DNA from: a virus | Lineage: Duplodnaviria > Caudoviricetes | IMG/VR virus record: IMGVR_UViG_3300006169_000009 | Location: 42,056-106,055 of that record | Strand: one strand, 5' to 3' | DNA: 64,000 nt | Shown: positions 1-9,533 of the stretch, one piece after another | Layout: each line of letters starts with the position of its first letter | How positions within the stretch are numbered: the stretch's first letter is position 1 | The notes under the pieces: model-generated | Database searches by the model: none | What the model was told of the DNA's origin: nothing | The model's input: only the letters and a program-made list of their open reading frames with translations | Made by a program: the position numbers and the translations under genes

Positions 1-102
1 GCGATGCGGAAGATGGGACGGCCATCACGACGGTGGCCAAGGATCTCGTCGGCCAGGTGGCCGAGGGGTGTACGGGTACTACGTGCCACGACTATTCTCC
101 GA

Positions 103-1824
103 TCAGTCATTCTGCGGGCTTCGGCGCTGCGGCAACTTGGTGCCGTAGGCCTGTGTCACGATGTCCGACATGAGTTGCCCCATCTCGGCTGACTGCTGAC
201 CTCCCATTGCCGGAACCGGCGGTCCTGGCGGTGTAGCCGGAGGGCCAGAGTCTGGGCTAGATCCCGAAGACGATCCGCTGTCTCCTCCTGCGGAGGTGAC
301 CTGCTGCGGTCCTTCTGCCGGAGCCAAGCCCGTAGCAGCGAGAATAACAGCCGAGATCTGAGACTTCAGCATGTCCAGAGCGCCCTGCTCCTTGGCATCG
401 GTAACCAGTTCCTCGAAGATCTCCTGCATCTTCTCGTCGGGGAACTCCTCGCCCAACTCCTTCAGAGCACCACGCTTGGACTCCAGGCCCAACTGCATCT
501 TCATGGTGATCTCGTTCAACTTGATCAGCGCGTCTACCGGCAGCGGAGGTGGCCAGTGGATGACGGTCTCATACGTCAGGGGGTCGGATGGGTCCAGCAC
601 AGTCGGCTGGCCCTCCTCGATCTTGCCCTGGGTGAACGGGTCGTAGATCAACTTGTCCTTCTCGAACAGGAACAGCGTTCGCAGGCAGAGTTCGTTGATC
701 TTCTCCAGACCCAGCGAGTAGGTCATCTTCTTGGTGTTGTAGCGCTGCATCATCGGCTGGTACTGGATCGCCAGTGCCACACCGGAGGTGTTGGAGATCG
801 GCTGCACCTGACCCAGCGCAGTCTCTGGCACGCCGGTCATCTCGTGCATGCCGCGCTTCAGGATCTCCAGGTACTCGTTGGCAGGGCCGACCGCCTCGGA
901 GCCGCCCTCCAGGTTGTAGACGCGGGCCTCCTTGGGAGGGATCGACCAGACCTTCTTCGGCCCCTTCTCCAGGTTGGAGGCCTTGGCTCCGGTGATGATC
1001 GTGACCGGCGCAGCGTGGTAGTTGATAATGTCGCTGATCTCCAGGGCCTTCTCGTTGTACTCCCGGTTCAGCCCGATGATGTCCTGGATGTCTCCCAAGC
1101 CCCACGGAGACGAGGAGATCCGCACATTGGGGATGTGGACGACAGGGATGTGGCCCAGCGGGTTCGGACGCTGGTCCATGATCTCGTCGTTGACGTACTC
1201 CTCGATGGTCTCGTCGGTCAGGATCTCGGTGTAGGTGAAGACCTGCCGAGTCCCTTCCTGGGAGGTACCCCAGAAGCGGTACTTCAACTTGAAGCGCAGC
1301 AGCCGCTCACGGTCGTGCGGGTGCCACTCAGGGAAGCAGAAGGCGGCGTTGAGCGGGAGGATGCGAACGCGGCCAGGGTGGAAGTTGCCAGCCGGGTCTT
1401 GGTAGGCAGGGTCGTAGGCGATCTTGACGAACACGTCCCCGGAGACTCCGCCCTGCTGGCCCATCTCCCACAACACCGACTCCTTCTCGTTGTCGGTCTC
1501 CCAGATCCGCTTCAGCAGGGCTGGGATGATGTGCTCGGTCAGGTGCGGGCTCTTGAAGTGAACGCCTCGGGAGAACGTGAAGTTGTTGATGAAGTCAGCC
1601 AAGGCGCGCACGTAGTTGAACGTGATCTGCGGCTCGCCCGCTTCGCGACGATATGCCCAGTGATGTCCAAGATAGAAAGCCCAGTTCTGCGCATATCTAT
1701 TCAATCTAGGACCGTGGACCTCGAACTCTTCGTCGGCCAGTTCCACGAGACCAAGCGGCGAGATCGAGACTGTGAGGTCTTGACCCGCCGCACGCATGCT
1801 GGGACTCTGGAAGTTGATCGCCAT
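103..1824 (-). CDS. Phage portal protein (SPP1 gp6-like)
   Basis: 573 aa; portal-like motifs (NPLGHIPVVHIPN, GLGDIQDIIGLNREYN, NTSGVALAIQYQP); lies in the same module as the terminase. Confidence 0.9.
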   Translation of the reverse strand: MAINFQSPSMRAAGQDLTVSISPLGLVELADEEFEVHGPRLNRYAQNWAFYLGHHWAYRREAGEPQITFNYVRALADFINNFTFSRGVHFKSPHLTEHIIPALLKRIWETDNEKESVLWEMGQQGGVSGDVFVKIAYDPAYQDPAGNFHPGRVRILPLNAAFCFPEWHPHDRERLLRFKLKYRFWGTSQEGTRQVFTYTEILTDETIEEYVNDEIMDQRPNPLGHIPVVHIPNVRISSSPWGLGDIQDIIGLNREYNEKALEISDIINYHAAPVTIITGAKASNLEKGPKKVWSIPPKEARVYNLEGGSEAVGPANEYLEILKRGMHEMTGVPETALGQVQPISNTSGVALAIQYQPMMQRYNTKKMTYSLGLEKINELCLRTLFLFEKDKLIYDPFTQGKIEEGQPTVLDPSDPLTYETVIHWPPPLPVDALIKLNEITMKMQLGLESKRGALKELGEEFPDEKMQEIFEELVTDAKEQGALDMLKSQISAVILAATGLAPAEGPQQVTSAGGDSGSSSGSSPDSGPPATPPGPPVPAMGGQQSAEMGQLMSDIVTQAYGTKLPQRRSPQND

Positions 1825-1833
1825 AGGCTAACC

Positions 1834-2595
1834 CTACCGTCTTACCGGCTTCAGCAGATTCTGCAACTCTCCGACACTTCGCTGACGAGGGATGTCTCCG
1901 AATAGACGATGTGCGTGGTATGCCTCTACGTCGGTGGGGTCCTCAGTCTCCTCAACATGCTGACCGACCGTACGGCCAGAGAATAGATCCATCTGGTTCT
2001 TGTGTACTTCCGGCTGGGTTACTTCCTTCTTCCCGAAGGCGGCGTCCCAACTCTGGTTGAGGTACTTCTCGTGCTCAGGAGTCCCGTACCGAGGTTCTAC
2101 TGGGTCGTCGTTCCGAGGATGGTTGACGTCCTCTGCACCCGCACTGACGTGCTTGAACTGATTCCAGTTGACCGGAGGAAGCGTCCCCTGGCGACCCGGC
2201 ATGACATCGATCCGTCCGGTCGCCTTGAACGCCGGAGCGACCCACTCCCGTAGATCGTCGTGATGTTCAGGGTTATGAGACGGAGACGCTGGGTGATAGT
2301 GACCTGGCTTCATCGCAGGGTTGGGGTCTACCTGGAGCACATGAGCACGACCCGGAGGCTTATCCGCGTAGCCTGCCTTCACCGCGCTGTCCTTCATCAC
2401 GTGGGCCTGCTTGGCGAACTTCCAGGCGATGTTCTCACTCTCCGAAGCGTGGGCGACCTTCATGGCGTTCTGACCTTCGGAGGGACCCCTGCCCCAGACA
2501 CTATTGCCGGTCTTCTCCGCAGGCAAGACCCTGCCGCCCTCGGCCATGATGTCGTGTGTGGTCCCGTGAAAGAAGGAGCCCCTACGTCCTTCCAT
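1834..2595 (-). CDS. Arr-like ADP-ribosyltransferase-fold protein
   Basis: FFHGT...GGRVLPA...AWKFA...RAHVLQVDP pattern resembles Arr; clear paralogue of 51427..52089. Confidence 0.55.
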   Translation of the reverse strand: MEGRRGSFFHGTTHDIMAEGGRVLPAEKTGNSVWGRGPSEGQNAMKVAHASESENIAWKFAKQAHVMKDSAVKAGYADKPPGRAHVLQVDPNPAMKPGHYHPASPSHNPEHHDDLREWVAPAFKATGRIDVMPGRQGTLPPVNWNQFKHVSAGAEDVNHPRNDDPVEPRYGTPEHEKYLNQSWDAAFGKKEVTQPEVHKNQMDLFSGRTVGQHVEETEDPTDVEAYHAHRLFGDIPRQRSVGELQNLLKPVRR

Positions 2596-3196
2596 AGCCG
2601 CTCTGCGGATGGCGAGGCTTCAACTCACCCGCAGCCTCCGCGATGCCCTTGCCCTTGACGGCCATGACCCGCACGAGGTTCGCCTGGTAGGACTCGGCGT
2701 AGTGGTTGGCGTTCAAATGGGAGGTGTCGCCCTGGGTCCGCTGTGCGGTACGGAACTGCGCGTTGGTCCGGTTCTTGGCCAGCCGGTTCGCCTCGTTCCA
2801 GGTCGAGGTCTGCTTCTGGTTGCGGTAGAAGTCGTGGACCTCCTTGCGGGCGCTCTTGTCCGCATGGCTCATGCCTTCCCAGCGGTCAGACTCAGCGTAA
2901 CCGTGGGTAGTCATGGAGAAGGTGCCTCTCGGCCCGTTGAAGTCTCCGCTGTAGTTGCTGCGATCATGCAGCAGGCCGCGACTCGCCAGCGTGTTGACCT
3001 CGCTGGTACGAGCACTGCCGAACTCAGAGCGCTCGTCCGCGAACGTCGGACCCTTGCGAGGCGTGTTGCGCGAGGCGTACGCCTGCCCGGTCTGCGCGTC
3101 TCCGGTACGGCGCACAGACGGGTTGGCGTTCTGGTCCTTGAACCTCTTCGGCGGCCCCGGTGCCGTTCCTGGCCAAGGGGCTTCTCCCCTAGCCAC
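2582..3196 (-). CDS. Hypothetical protein
   Basis: 204-aa ORF overlapping its neighbour, in operon-like arrangement. Confidence 0.7.
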   Translation of the reverse strand: MARGEAPWPGTAPGPPKRFKDQNANPSVRRTGDAQTGQAYASRNTPRKGPTFADERSEFGSARTSEVNTLASRGLLHDRSNYSGDFNGPRGTFSMTTHGYAESDRWEGMSHADKSARKEVHDFYRNQKQTSTWNEANRLAKNRTNAQFRTAQRTQGDTSHLNANHYAESYQANLVRVMAVKGKGIAEAAGELKPRHPQSGYGRT

Positions 3197-3199
3197 GGC

Positions 3200-3616
3200 T
3201 CAGTCCTCGACTTCTGCCGGGTTCCGACGCTCGTAGCGCGCACCGGTCGGGTTCGGACGGCCTCGGTTGACCTGCTCGTACTTCAGCGCGGCGAAGTCGT
3301 TGTTGGAGCCGTGACCGAACTCACCGAGATAGGTTGGAGCCTCGACCCAGGCGGCGGAGCCGACGTGGGCGCGCTCGCGCATGGTCTCCTCGGGGTACTT
3401 CTCGTACACGTTGCGGTTGTGGTTGGGACGGCCCGGCGCAGGCACGTAGCCCTGCATGACGCCCTTGGTGAACTCGTCGGGGACGTCGGTGTCGGTCGCG
3501 ATCCCCTCTTCGAAGCGCAGCGGGCCACGCCGGGAGTTGTTCTGCCCGAACTTCTCCTCGTAGACGTTCCCGACCTGCTCAGGGAACTGAGGGTTCGGGG
3601 CGAGGTTGTCAGCCAT
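3200..3616 (-). CDS. Conserved phage protein, probable virion component
   Basis: Start re-assigned to MADNLAPNPQF (AGGAAGG upstream); GPLRFEEGIATDTDVP motif; near the portal. Confidence 0.7.
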   Translation of the reverse strand: MADNLAPNPQFPEQVGNVYEEKFGQNNSRRGPLRFEEGIATDTDVPDEFTKGVMQGYVPAPGRPNHNRNVYEKYPEETMRERAHVGSAAWVEAPTYLGEFGHGSNNDFAALKYEQVNRGRPNPTGARYERRNPAEVED

Positions 3617-3669
3617 GCTCTTTACCTTCCTCGGCGGATGCGCATCTCTAGCCATTGCCAGGATACTAC

Positions 3670-6600
3670 TCAGGTTACGGGATGCCACACTCCGTCCTTC
3701 AGTACCCGAAGTTGCACGACCTTGCGGCGCTTGCCGTTGATGACTACGAACGGTCGCGCAGCGTGACGTACGCCGTCCATGAACACGGCCAGAATCTCTC
3801 CGACCGTCAGAGTGTTGACGTTCCAGCGGACGTCTAGGTTCCGGGCCAACTCCTGCTCGATGTGCCACATGAGGTCGGCATCGGCCAGGACCAGTCGTAC
3901 AGCATCCCAGCCGAACTCGATCTCCCGGTTCTGGACCTGACGGGTGTTCCAGGCGGCGTTCAATACAAGCGCCACAGCCTGAAGTGTGTGCCAAGAAAGG
4001 TACAGATCGTTCTCGGCTCGCTGCTGGCTCTCCCAGCCTGCCGCAAGATCCCGTAGCAGCCGCTCACGGACGTCCCAAGACAGGTCCGTCTCCTTAGCAG
4101 CCCAGCCGATCGTGTTCCACAAGGCCTCCAGGCTCAGGCCGACCAGTTCGAGGCCCTCGGTGTTCCACAGCAGTTCGGCATCCGAAGCCTGCCGCTGCAG
4201 CGCCTGCCAGGCCGCCTCCACCTCGGTCCCGGCCAACTCGTTCGAGGACCAGACCTGATCCAGGCTCTTCCCGACCTTCTCCTGGATCTCCCAGGAAGTG
4301 ATCAGTGCAGCCGCCAGTGCCGTACGGGAGTCCCACAGCAGGATGGAGTCGGCGCTGATGTTGGCCTCGATGTTCCACTCGATCACGCTCTGTGACTGGG
4401 CTACCTCCTGCGCGGCCCACAGCAGTTCAACCGCCTGCGAGGCCAGCGCGGAGACGTTCCACAGCGACTCGTAGTCCTGGCTGATGATGTCGAGCACGCC
4501 CCACTGAGCCGCAAGATCGGACAGAGTCTGGGCCAGCAGGTTCCAGACCAGGCTCACGTCCTGGTCGACAGCCTCCAGGACGTTCCAGAACAGGTCCACG
4601 CCAGCGGCCACCGATGCGATGTTCTGGACGTTCCACTCCAGGCCGACATCGTTACCCAATCTGAGAACGACATCCCACAGTGCGCTCAGTCCGTTACCGA
4701 CCGTAGCGTAGGCGTCCCAGCGCAGGTCACTGGTCTGGTTGATTGCAGCCCGTACGTCCCACGGAGTAGCCAGGGGGTTGTTGACCGCATTCAGCGCATC
4801 CCAGGATCCGGCGAAGTCCCGGCTGATCAGGCCCAGGGCGTTCCAGATAGCCGCTGAGTCTGCTGCCGCCAGAGCCTGGTCGTTCCACACCAGCGCAGAG
4901 TCTGCATTCTGCATAGCGAGCGCGTTCCAAATTGCCTGGTTGCTCAGCCCGGCCACGGCGTAGTCGTGCCAGATCGCCTGGTGGTCGGAGTTGACCGGCA
5001 CGCTGACGTTCCACAGTGCCTGCACTACCTGACTTGCGGCTGCGTAGACCTCCCACAGCGCCTGGCTGCTCTGCCCGACCAAGGCCGAAACGTTCCACAA
5101 CTTCTGGTTGCTCTGTCCGACCGAGACCAACGTGTCCCACACGTACTGGCTGCTTTGGTTGACCACAGTCGAGATGTTCCACAGAGCCTGGTTACTCTGG
5201 GTCACTAGACTGTTGAGGTTCCACAGAGCCTGGTTGCTCTGGTTGACTGCCGCGTAGACGTCCCAGACCTCCTGGACGTCAGCGTTGACCAGGCTTTGGA
5301 CGTTCCACTTCGCCTGGCTGGTCTTGCCTACCGACTCCGGGATCTCAGCAGCAGTGACCACCACGTTGCGGAACTGGGTCCGGGTACCGGCTGCGCCGAA
5401 CCAGACGTAGCCTCCTCGCCCCTGAGCCGTGTGCGTGGACGTGACGTTGGTGCCCAGCGTGAGGTTGTCCAGCCGGATCGAGGAGCCGGTCACGGTGATG
5501 CGGAACGTGTACCACGTGTCCAGCGTGAGTGTGCCTACGGTCGCCCAGGCGTCCACGACAGGGTCGGTGCCGTCTCCAGCCATAGCCCGGACCTGGAGGT
5601 TTCCGTTGCGCCGGAAGACACACGAGTAGCCCTGCCAGGTCGGGTTGCCGTCCGCGCCTCCGGCGAACCCGACCGTGTCCTCGTCCGCGAACGCGACCGT
5701 GAAGTTGGCGACCGCCGAGAATGACTCGACCATCTTGGCCTCGAAGTCCAGCGTCCAGGTGTCGTGGAAGGCACTGCCTCCGATGGGAGACATCCAACCC
5801 TGAAGGATCGCGGACTCCACCGAGGCCACGCCGATCTCGTTGTCGATCCCCCAGCCGTCCGGGGCGGTGAACTCACCGACCGTCGATCCGCCGTTGATCT
5901 GCCCACCGCTGTAGTACCCGTGGAACCACTCCTGGTCGGCGTACGGGTCAGCGGTCAGCCTGGCCTTGCCCGAGACGTAGGGAGCATCATCGGTGATGAT
6001 CCCGTCCGCGCCCATCTCCCTGGCCGCGTCCGCACTGGTCTTGTCGTTGATCGTCCACATCCACACCTCGATGCCTGCGGCATGCATGGAGTCGACGTAG
6101 GACTGGTCGACGGTGCCGAACTGAACGTTCTCCTGCACTGCCCCATCGGCAATCGGCACAGACGGGTTCGTACCCTGCGGGTCGCGATTCGCCAGCGGAT
6201 ACCCAGCCGTACGACAGGCGTCCTGGTAGGACTTGGTGAACGCTGGGATGATGACGTTGTCCTTGATCTGGACGTACTGGTCCAACAGATCGGGCAGCGC
6301 ATCTCCTGCCGCCTGGCTCTTAGGCTCAATGGACAGCAGAACCTGATCGGCGTAGAGAGTGAGTACTTCCTCCAACTTCGCCATCCGGTACACGCCCTGG
6401 TATCCGGGGTTGAGCAGGGCAGCAGGCTTGTACTGCAGTGCGTCCAGGGCTGCGTCCGTGGACGTGGCGATGGTCAGGTTCGATGTCATCAACGTGCCGG
6501 TCGTAGCGTTGTGGTGGCAGTACAGGGTGCCGTCGGCAGAGAGGTGGACGTCCATCTCCAGGCAGTTCGTGGTGCCGTCGGCCATGCAGGCGGCCATGGC

Positions 6601-7389
6601 CTCCAGCGTCTCGTCCGGGTACAGCAGGGCTCCCGAACGGTGGTTGCTCCACCACGTGCCGGTGTGGGTGTCCCGTAGGTTGACCGGGCCGCCTTCTGCG
6701 GTCCCCGGCTTGATCTCTACGGCCCAGGTCAACTTTCGCGAGGACTGCGTACAGTTGGCGTTGACTACCTGCTGACCGTCAAGGCGGTACTGGGTGAAGA
6801 ACTGCGAGGACGGCGTTCCGGTAGAGATGATCGCGCCAGGCATGGTGTAGCCAGAGCCCGCGCTAGGCGTGACCGAGGTCGTGTTGACCGAATGGAACCC
6901 CGCCGTGGCGTTGCCGGATCCGATGGCGTTGGTCAGCGTGACACCGAACGGGTCAACGGTCTGGTCACTGCTTTCAGCCTGGACGACAGCGCCAGAGCCG
7001 TTGGTCCCGCTAGTGTCGGCGTTCTCCCACTGCATTACCGACCAACCACAGATCATCTGCACCGCAGAGTGCGTGAAGGTCAGCGCCCCGGCAGTCGGAG
7101 AGGCTCCCATGGCTCGGAACAGTGTTAGGCAGATGTTGCCGTTGGCCGACATCTGAGAGCCGATCTTCTCCCAGGTCAGCCCGCAGCCGGTCATGGTGTC
7201 CGTAGGTGCTGCTGTACCGGAGGTACCTCCGGTCTCCACACCGACCAGAATCAGCGCGTTGGCCGCTGGCGTGATGCTCGCAGTGCTGTGGGAGGCCTGG
7301 TCCGCCGTAGACCAGTCCTGCGTCAGTAGTGTGGGGACGAGTGTTAGCGGCCCAGACGGCGGAGCCTTCAGCAGGGTGAGTAGCGACAT
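3670..7389 (-). CDS. Large virion fibre-like protein with glycerophosphodiester phosphodiesterase (GDPD) domain, beta-sandwich domains and C-terminal Trp repeats
   Basis: GDPD motifs HR..G..YPDET, LEMDVHLSADG..YCHH, IEPK, WTIN, GADGIITD; about 36 Trp-centred 14-aa repeats in the C-terminal 500 aa. Confidence 0.8.
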   Translation of the reverse strand: MSLLTLLKAPPSGPLTLVPTLLTQDWSTADQASHSTASITPAANALILVGVETGGTSGTAAPTDTMTGCGLTWEKIGSQMSANGNICLTLFRAMGASPTAGALTFTHSAVQMICGWSVMQWENADTSGTNGSGAVVQAESSDQTVDPFGVTLTNAIGSGNATAGFHSVNTTSVTPSAGSGYTMPGAIISTGTPSSQFFTQYRLDGQQVVNANCTQSSRKLTWAVEIKPGTAEGGPVNLRDTHTGTWWSNHRSGALLYPDETLEAMAACMADGTTNCLEMDVHLSADGTLYCHHNATTGTLMTSNLTIATSTDAALDALQYKPAALLNPGYQGVYRMAKLEEVLTLYADQVLLSIEPKSQAAGDALPDLLDQYVQIKDNVIIPAFTKSYQDACRTAGYPLANRDPQGTNPSVPIADGAVQENVQFGTVDQSYVDSMHAAGIEVWMWTINDKTSADAAREMGADGIITDDAPYVSGKARLTADPYADQEWFHGYYSGGQINGGSTVGEFTAPDGWGIDNEIGVASVESAILQGWMSPIGGSAFHDTWTLDFEAKMVESFSAVANFTVAFADEDTVGFAGGADGNPTWQGYSCVFRRNGNLQVRAMAGDGTDPVVDAWATVGTLTLDTWYTFRITVTGSSIRLDNLTLGTNVTSTHTAQGRGGYVWFGAAGTRTQFRNVVVTAAEIPESVGKTSQAKWNVQSLVNADVQEVWDVYAAVNQSNQALWNLNSLVTQSNQALWNISTVVNQSSQYVWDTLVSVGQSNQKLWNVSALVGQSSQALWEVYAAASQVVQALWNVSVPVNSDHQAIWHDYAVAGLSNQAIWNALAMQNADSALVWNDQALAAADSAAIWNALGLISRDFAGSWDALNAVNNPLATPWDVRAAINQTSDLRWDAYATVGNGLSALWDVVLRLGNDVGLEWNVQNIASVAAGVDLFWNVLEAVDQDVSLVWNLLAQTLSDLAAQWGVLDIISQDYESLWNVSALASQAVELLWAAQEVAQSQSVIEWNIEANISADSILLWDSRTALAAALITSWEIQEKVGKSLDQVWSSNELAGTEVEAAWQALQRQASDAELLWNTEGLELVGLSLEALWNTIGWAAKETDLSWDVRERLLRDLAAGWESQQRAENDLYLSWHTLQAVALVLNAAWNTRQVQNREIEFGWDAVRLVLADADLMWHIEQELARNLDVRWNVNTLTVGEILAVFMDGVRHAARPFVVINGKRRKVVQLRVLKDGVWHPVT
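3820..5320 (-). repeat. Coding tandem repeat, 14-aa (42-bp) period with invariant Trp
   Basis: e.g. QSNQALWNLNSLVT/QSNQALWNISTVVN; W-to-W spacing 14 with occasional 16. Confidence 0.9.
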
Positions 7390-7392
7390 GGG

Positions 7393-8013
7393 CTACTCGA
7401 TGCTGAATACGGCGAGCGCAGAGTAGGAGTACGACAGACCGGTGATGTTCTTCAGCGCCATGCCTTCGCCTTCTCGCAAGACGAAGTCGGTGACACGCTC
7501 TCCATCGGTGGGGAGGATGTTGAAGTACGGCATGAGGCCGACAGCCGGGAAAGTCTCTTCGGGGTTCAGCGGGATCTCGAACCACGTGAAGGCTACCGTT
7601 CCGCCTGCGGTGTAAGAATGCGCAGCAGTGATCTGCGAGGGGACTGCTGGGTTGTTGCTGTCGTGGGCGCGGATCGTGATCGCAGTGTTTGAGGTCGTAC
7701 CCACTGCCGAGGTCTTCTCCACACGCCAGGTCTGGCTGACGCCTGTGACCGTCGACTGCGAAGGCTGGATGAACAACTTGCGGACCTTCACGACCTTGCC
7801 GGACCCCGAAGCGTTGAACAGGTGCAGGTAAACCTTGTTGGACGCTGCTGTGATCGCGCCGGAGTACGCCGAGTAGGTCGGGATGTCTCCGATCAGGTTC
7901 CCGGTAGGGTTGGCCGGGATAAAGACCTGATACTCCTTGCCGTTGATCAACTGGGTAGCGACAAGCGCCCCTGACCCAGGGGTTACGGCTACGGAGTCGT
8001 TGGCCTCAGCCAC
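7393..8013 (-). CDS. Probable virion structural protein
   Basis: Thr/Ser/Ala/Gly-rich, beta-rich; co-oriented directly upstream of the fibre gene. Confidence 0.6.
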   Translation of the reverse strand: MAEANDSVAVTPGSGALVATQLINGKEYQVFIPANPTGNLIGDIPTYSAYSGAITAASNKVYLHLFNASGSGKVVKVRKLFIQPSQSTVTGVSQTWRVEKTSAVGTTSNTAITIRAHDSNNPAVPSQITAAHSYTAGGTVAFTWFEIPLNPEETFPAVGLMPYFNILPTDGERVTDFVLREGEGMALKNITGLSYSYSALAVFSIE

Positions 8014-8031
8014 GGTTCACCACCTTCAGGA

Positions 8032-8571
8032 TCACGCAGCGGTGTCGCCCTCGACCCGCAGGGTCACGCCATCGTTGTTGAGGGCTGCCGAGTTGGTGGC
8101 TGTACGGCGTACCCAGACCGCCCGAACCTGGCCCGCTGCGAGGTTGCCAATGGACAGGCCTGCGCCCTTAGTGGTCGGGGAGGAGAAGGTCTGCGTGGAC
8201 GGAGCGGTGTTCTCGTCCGCGACCTCCTTGGCCTGCGCGGAGGCAGAGCCGACTGCCGAGGCTGCGGTGGTGTCGACCGAGATGGCCGCGTTGGCTCCGC
8301 CCGCGACCTCCGAGACCATCCACACGACCGCGTTCTGCAGCGTGAGGGTGGCGTGGGAGTTGTGGATGAAGATGCAGCGGTACTCCGCCTCGCTGGCCGC
8401 GTTCTCATCACCGGAGATGACGTCGAACAGGTTGTGGAGCGTGGCGGTGGTGATCTCAGTGGTCGAGACGTACTTGCCCAGAGAGCCTCCAGCCGTACCC
8501 GCAGTGCTGTTCCCCGCCGACCCGGAGGTCACCGAGTACTTGTACTTGATGTCGGAAGATGCGATTGGCAC
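8032..8571 (-). CDS. Probable virion structural protein
   Basis: 179 aa, NLFDVISG...YRCIFIHN...AVWVRR pattern; structural context. Confidence 0.6.
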   Translation of the reverse strand: MPIASSDIKYKYSVTSGSAGNSTAGTAGGSLGKYVSTTEITTATLHNLFDVISGDENAASEAEYRCIFIHNSHATLTLQNAVVWMVSEVAGGANAAISVDTTAASAVGSASAQAKEVADENTAPSTQTFSSPTTKGAGLSIGNLAAGQVRAVWVRRTATNSAALNNDGVTLRVEGDTAA

Positions 8572-8580
8572 GGGGGACTC

Positions 8581-8781
8581 CTATTCCTCACTCAGTCCGT
8601 ACTCTACCCACAAAGATCCATCGGGCTCGTCCCCAGACGGCTCCGTGCCCACAGGAACAGTGTAGACGTGCGCGCTCGATGACTGCACTGTGTTACGACC
8701 GGGCGCAACCACTACGGGGGTCTCACCACGCAGAACCTTGTCCTGTGAGGAGGACCCGCTATAGATCACCTGATTGCTCAC
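8581..8781 (-). CDS. Hypothetical protein
   Basis: 66 aa; overlaps the upstream gene stop by 4 bp. Confidence 0.55.
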   Translation of the reverse strand: MSNQVIYSGSSSQDKVLRGETPVVVAPGRNTVQSSSAHVYTVPVGTEPSGDEPDGSLWVEYGLSEE

Positions 8782-9524
8782 GTCGTCACCTCAGGATCCA
8801 CGGTGACGAAGCCCTCCACGAAGCGGATCGCGTCTCCGTCACTGTCGGTCAACTTCAGGTCGTACCGGTACTTCCCCGGAGGCAGGGCCGAGGTGTCCTC
8901 ATCCGACATGAACAGGTCCACGTTGCCCTGCTGGTCCAGCGTGATCCCGGCACTGTCATCGAGGTCCAGGACCACCGTGGACCCGCTCTTGGCCTGCATC
9001 TTGGCGGTCCAGCCGGTCATGTCCATGCCAGTGCCGTCCCGCAGCCACTGGAAGTGCTCACGCCAGGTGGCTCCCTGGTAGATCGTCAGATCCTGGTCGA
9101 ATGGGAAGTCACTGTCCGGCTCCTCATAGGGGGCACTGTTCGAGGCAACGAGCGCGGCCATGGTGGTGTCTGCGGTCAGCCCGGTGTCGAACTCCAGGAT
9201 GTCGGGGCCGACCCGCTGGCGTACGTGGTACTTCCAGCCCTCGGTCTTTACCAACTTGGTCTCGAACTTGCCGTTGTTCAGCGTCTTGGTGACCGGGTAC
9301 AGTGCGACCTGGGTGTCACCGACAGTGACGGTCTTGACCGAGGGCGTGAAGGACACCCGTCCCCAGGGCGCACGACTCCGATACGAAGAGTAGTCGCCGG
9401 TCACGGTGACCAACTCGATTCCCTCGGGCGGAACGAAGTCGTCGGTGTCCAGGGGCGGGTACGCCATGTTCTGCGCGGTCCAGCCAGGGGTCTCCCACGC
9501 GTCGTCGTACTGTCCTCGGGCCAT
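8778..9524 (-). CDS. Ig-like fibre-attachment/BppU-like structural protein
   Basis: C-terminal DLTIYQGATW...DMTGWTAKMQ...YRYDLKL...EGFVTVDPEVT pattern. Confidence 0.6.
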   Translation of the reverse strand: MARGQYDDAWETPGWTAQNMAYPPLDTDDFVPPEGIELVTVTGDYSSYRSRAPWGRVSFTPSVKTVTVGDTQVALYPVTKTLNNGKFETKLVKTEGWKYHVRQRVGPDILEFDTGLTADTTMAALVASNSAPYEEPDSDFPFDQDLTIYQGATWREHFQWLRDGTGMDMTGWTAKMQAKSGSTVVLDLDDSAGITLDQQGNVDLFMSDEDTSALPPGKYRYDLKLTDSDGDAIRFVEGFVTVDPEVTT

Positions 9525-9533
9525 GGGTCTAGC

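Noticed and set aside
3670-7389. Tape measure protein, suggested by Trp periodicity
   Set aside because: It carries an enzymatic GDPD domain, lies in the head-packaging module, and has no tail chaperone context
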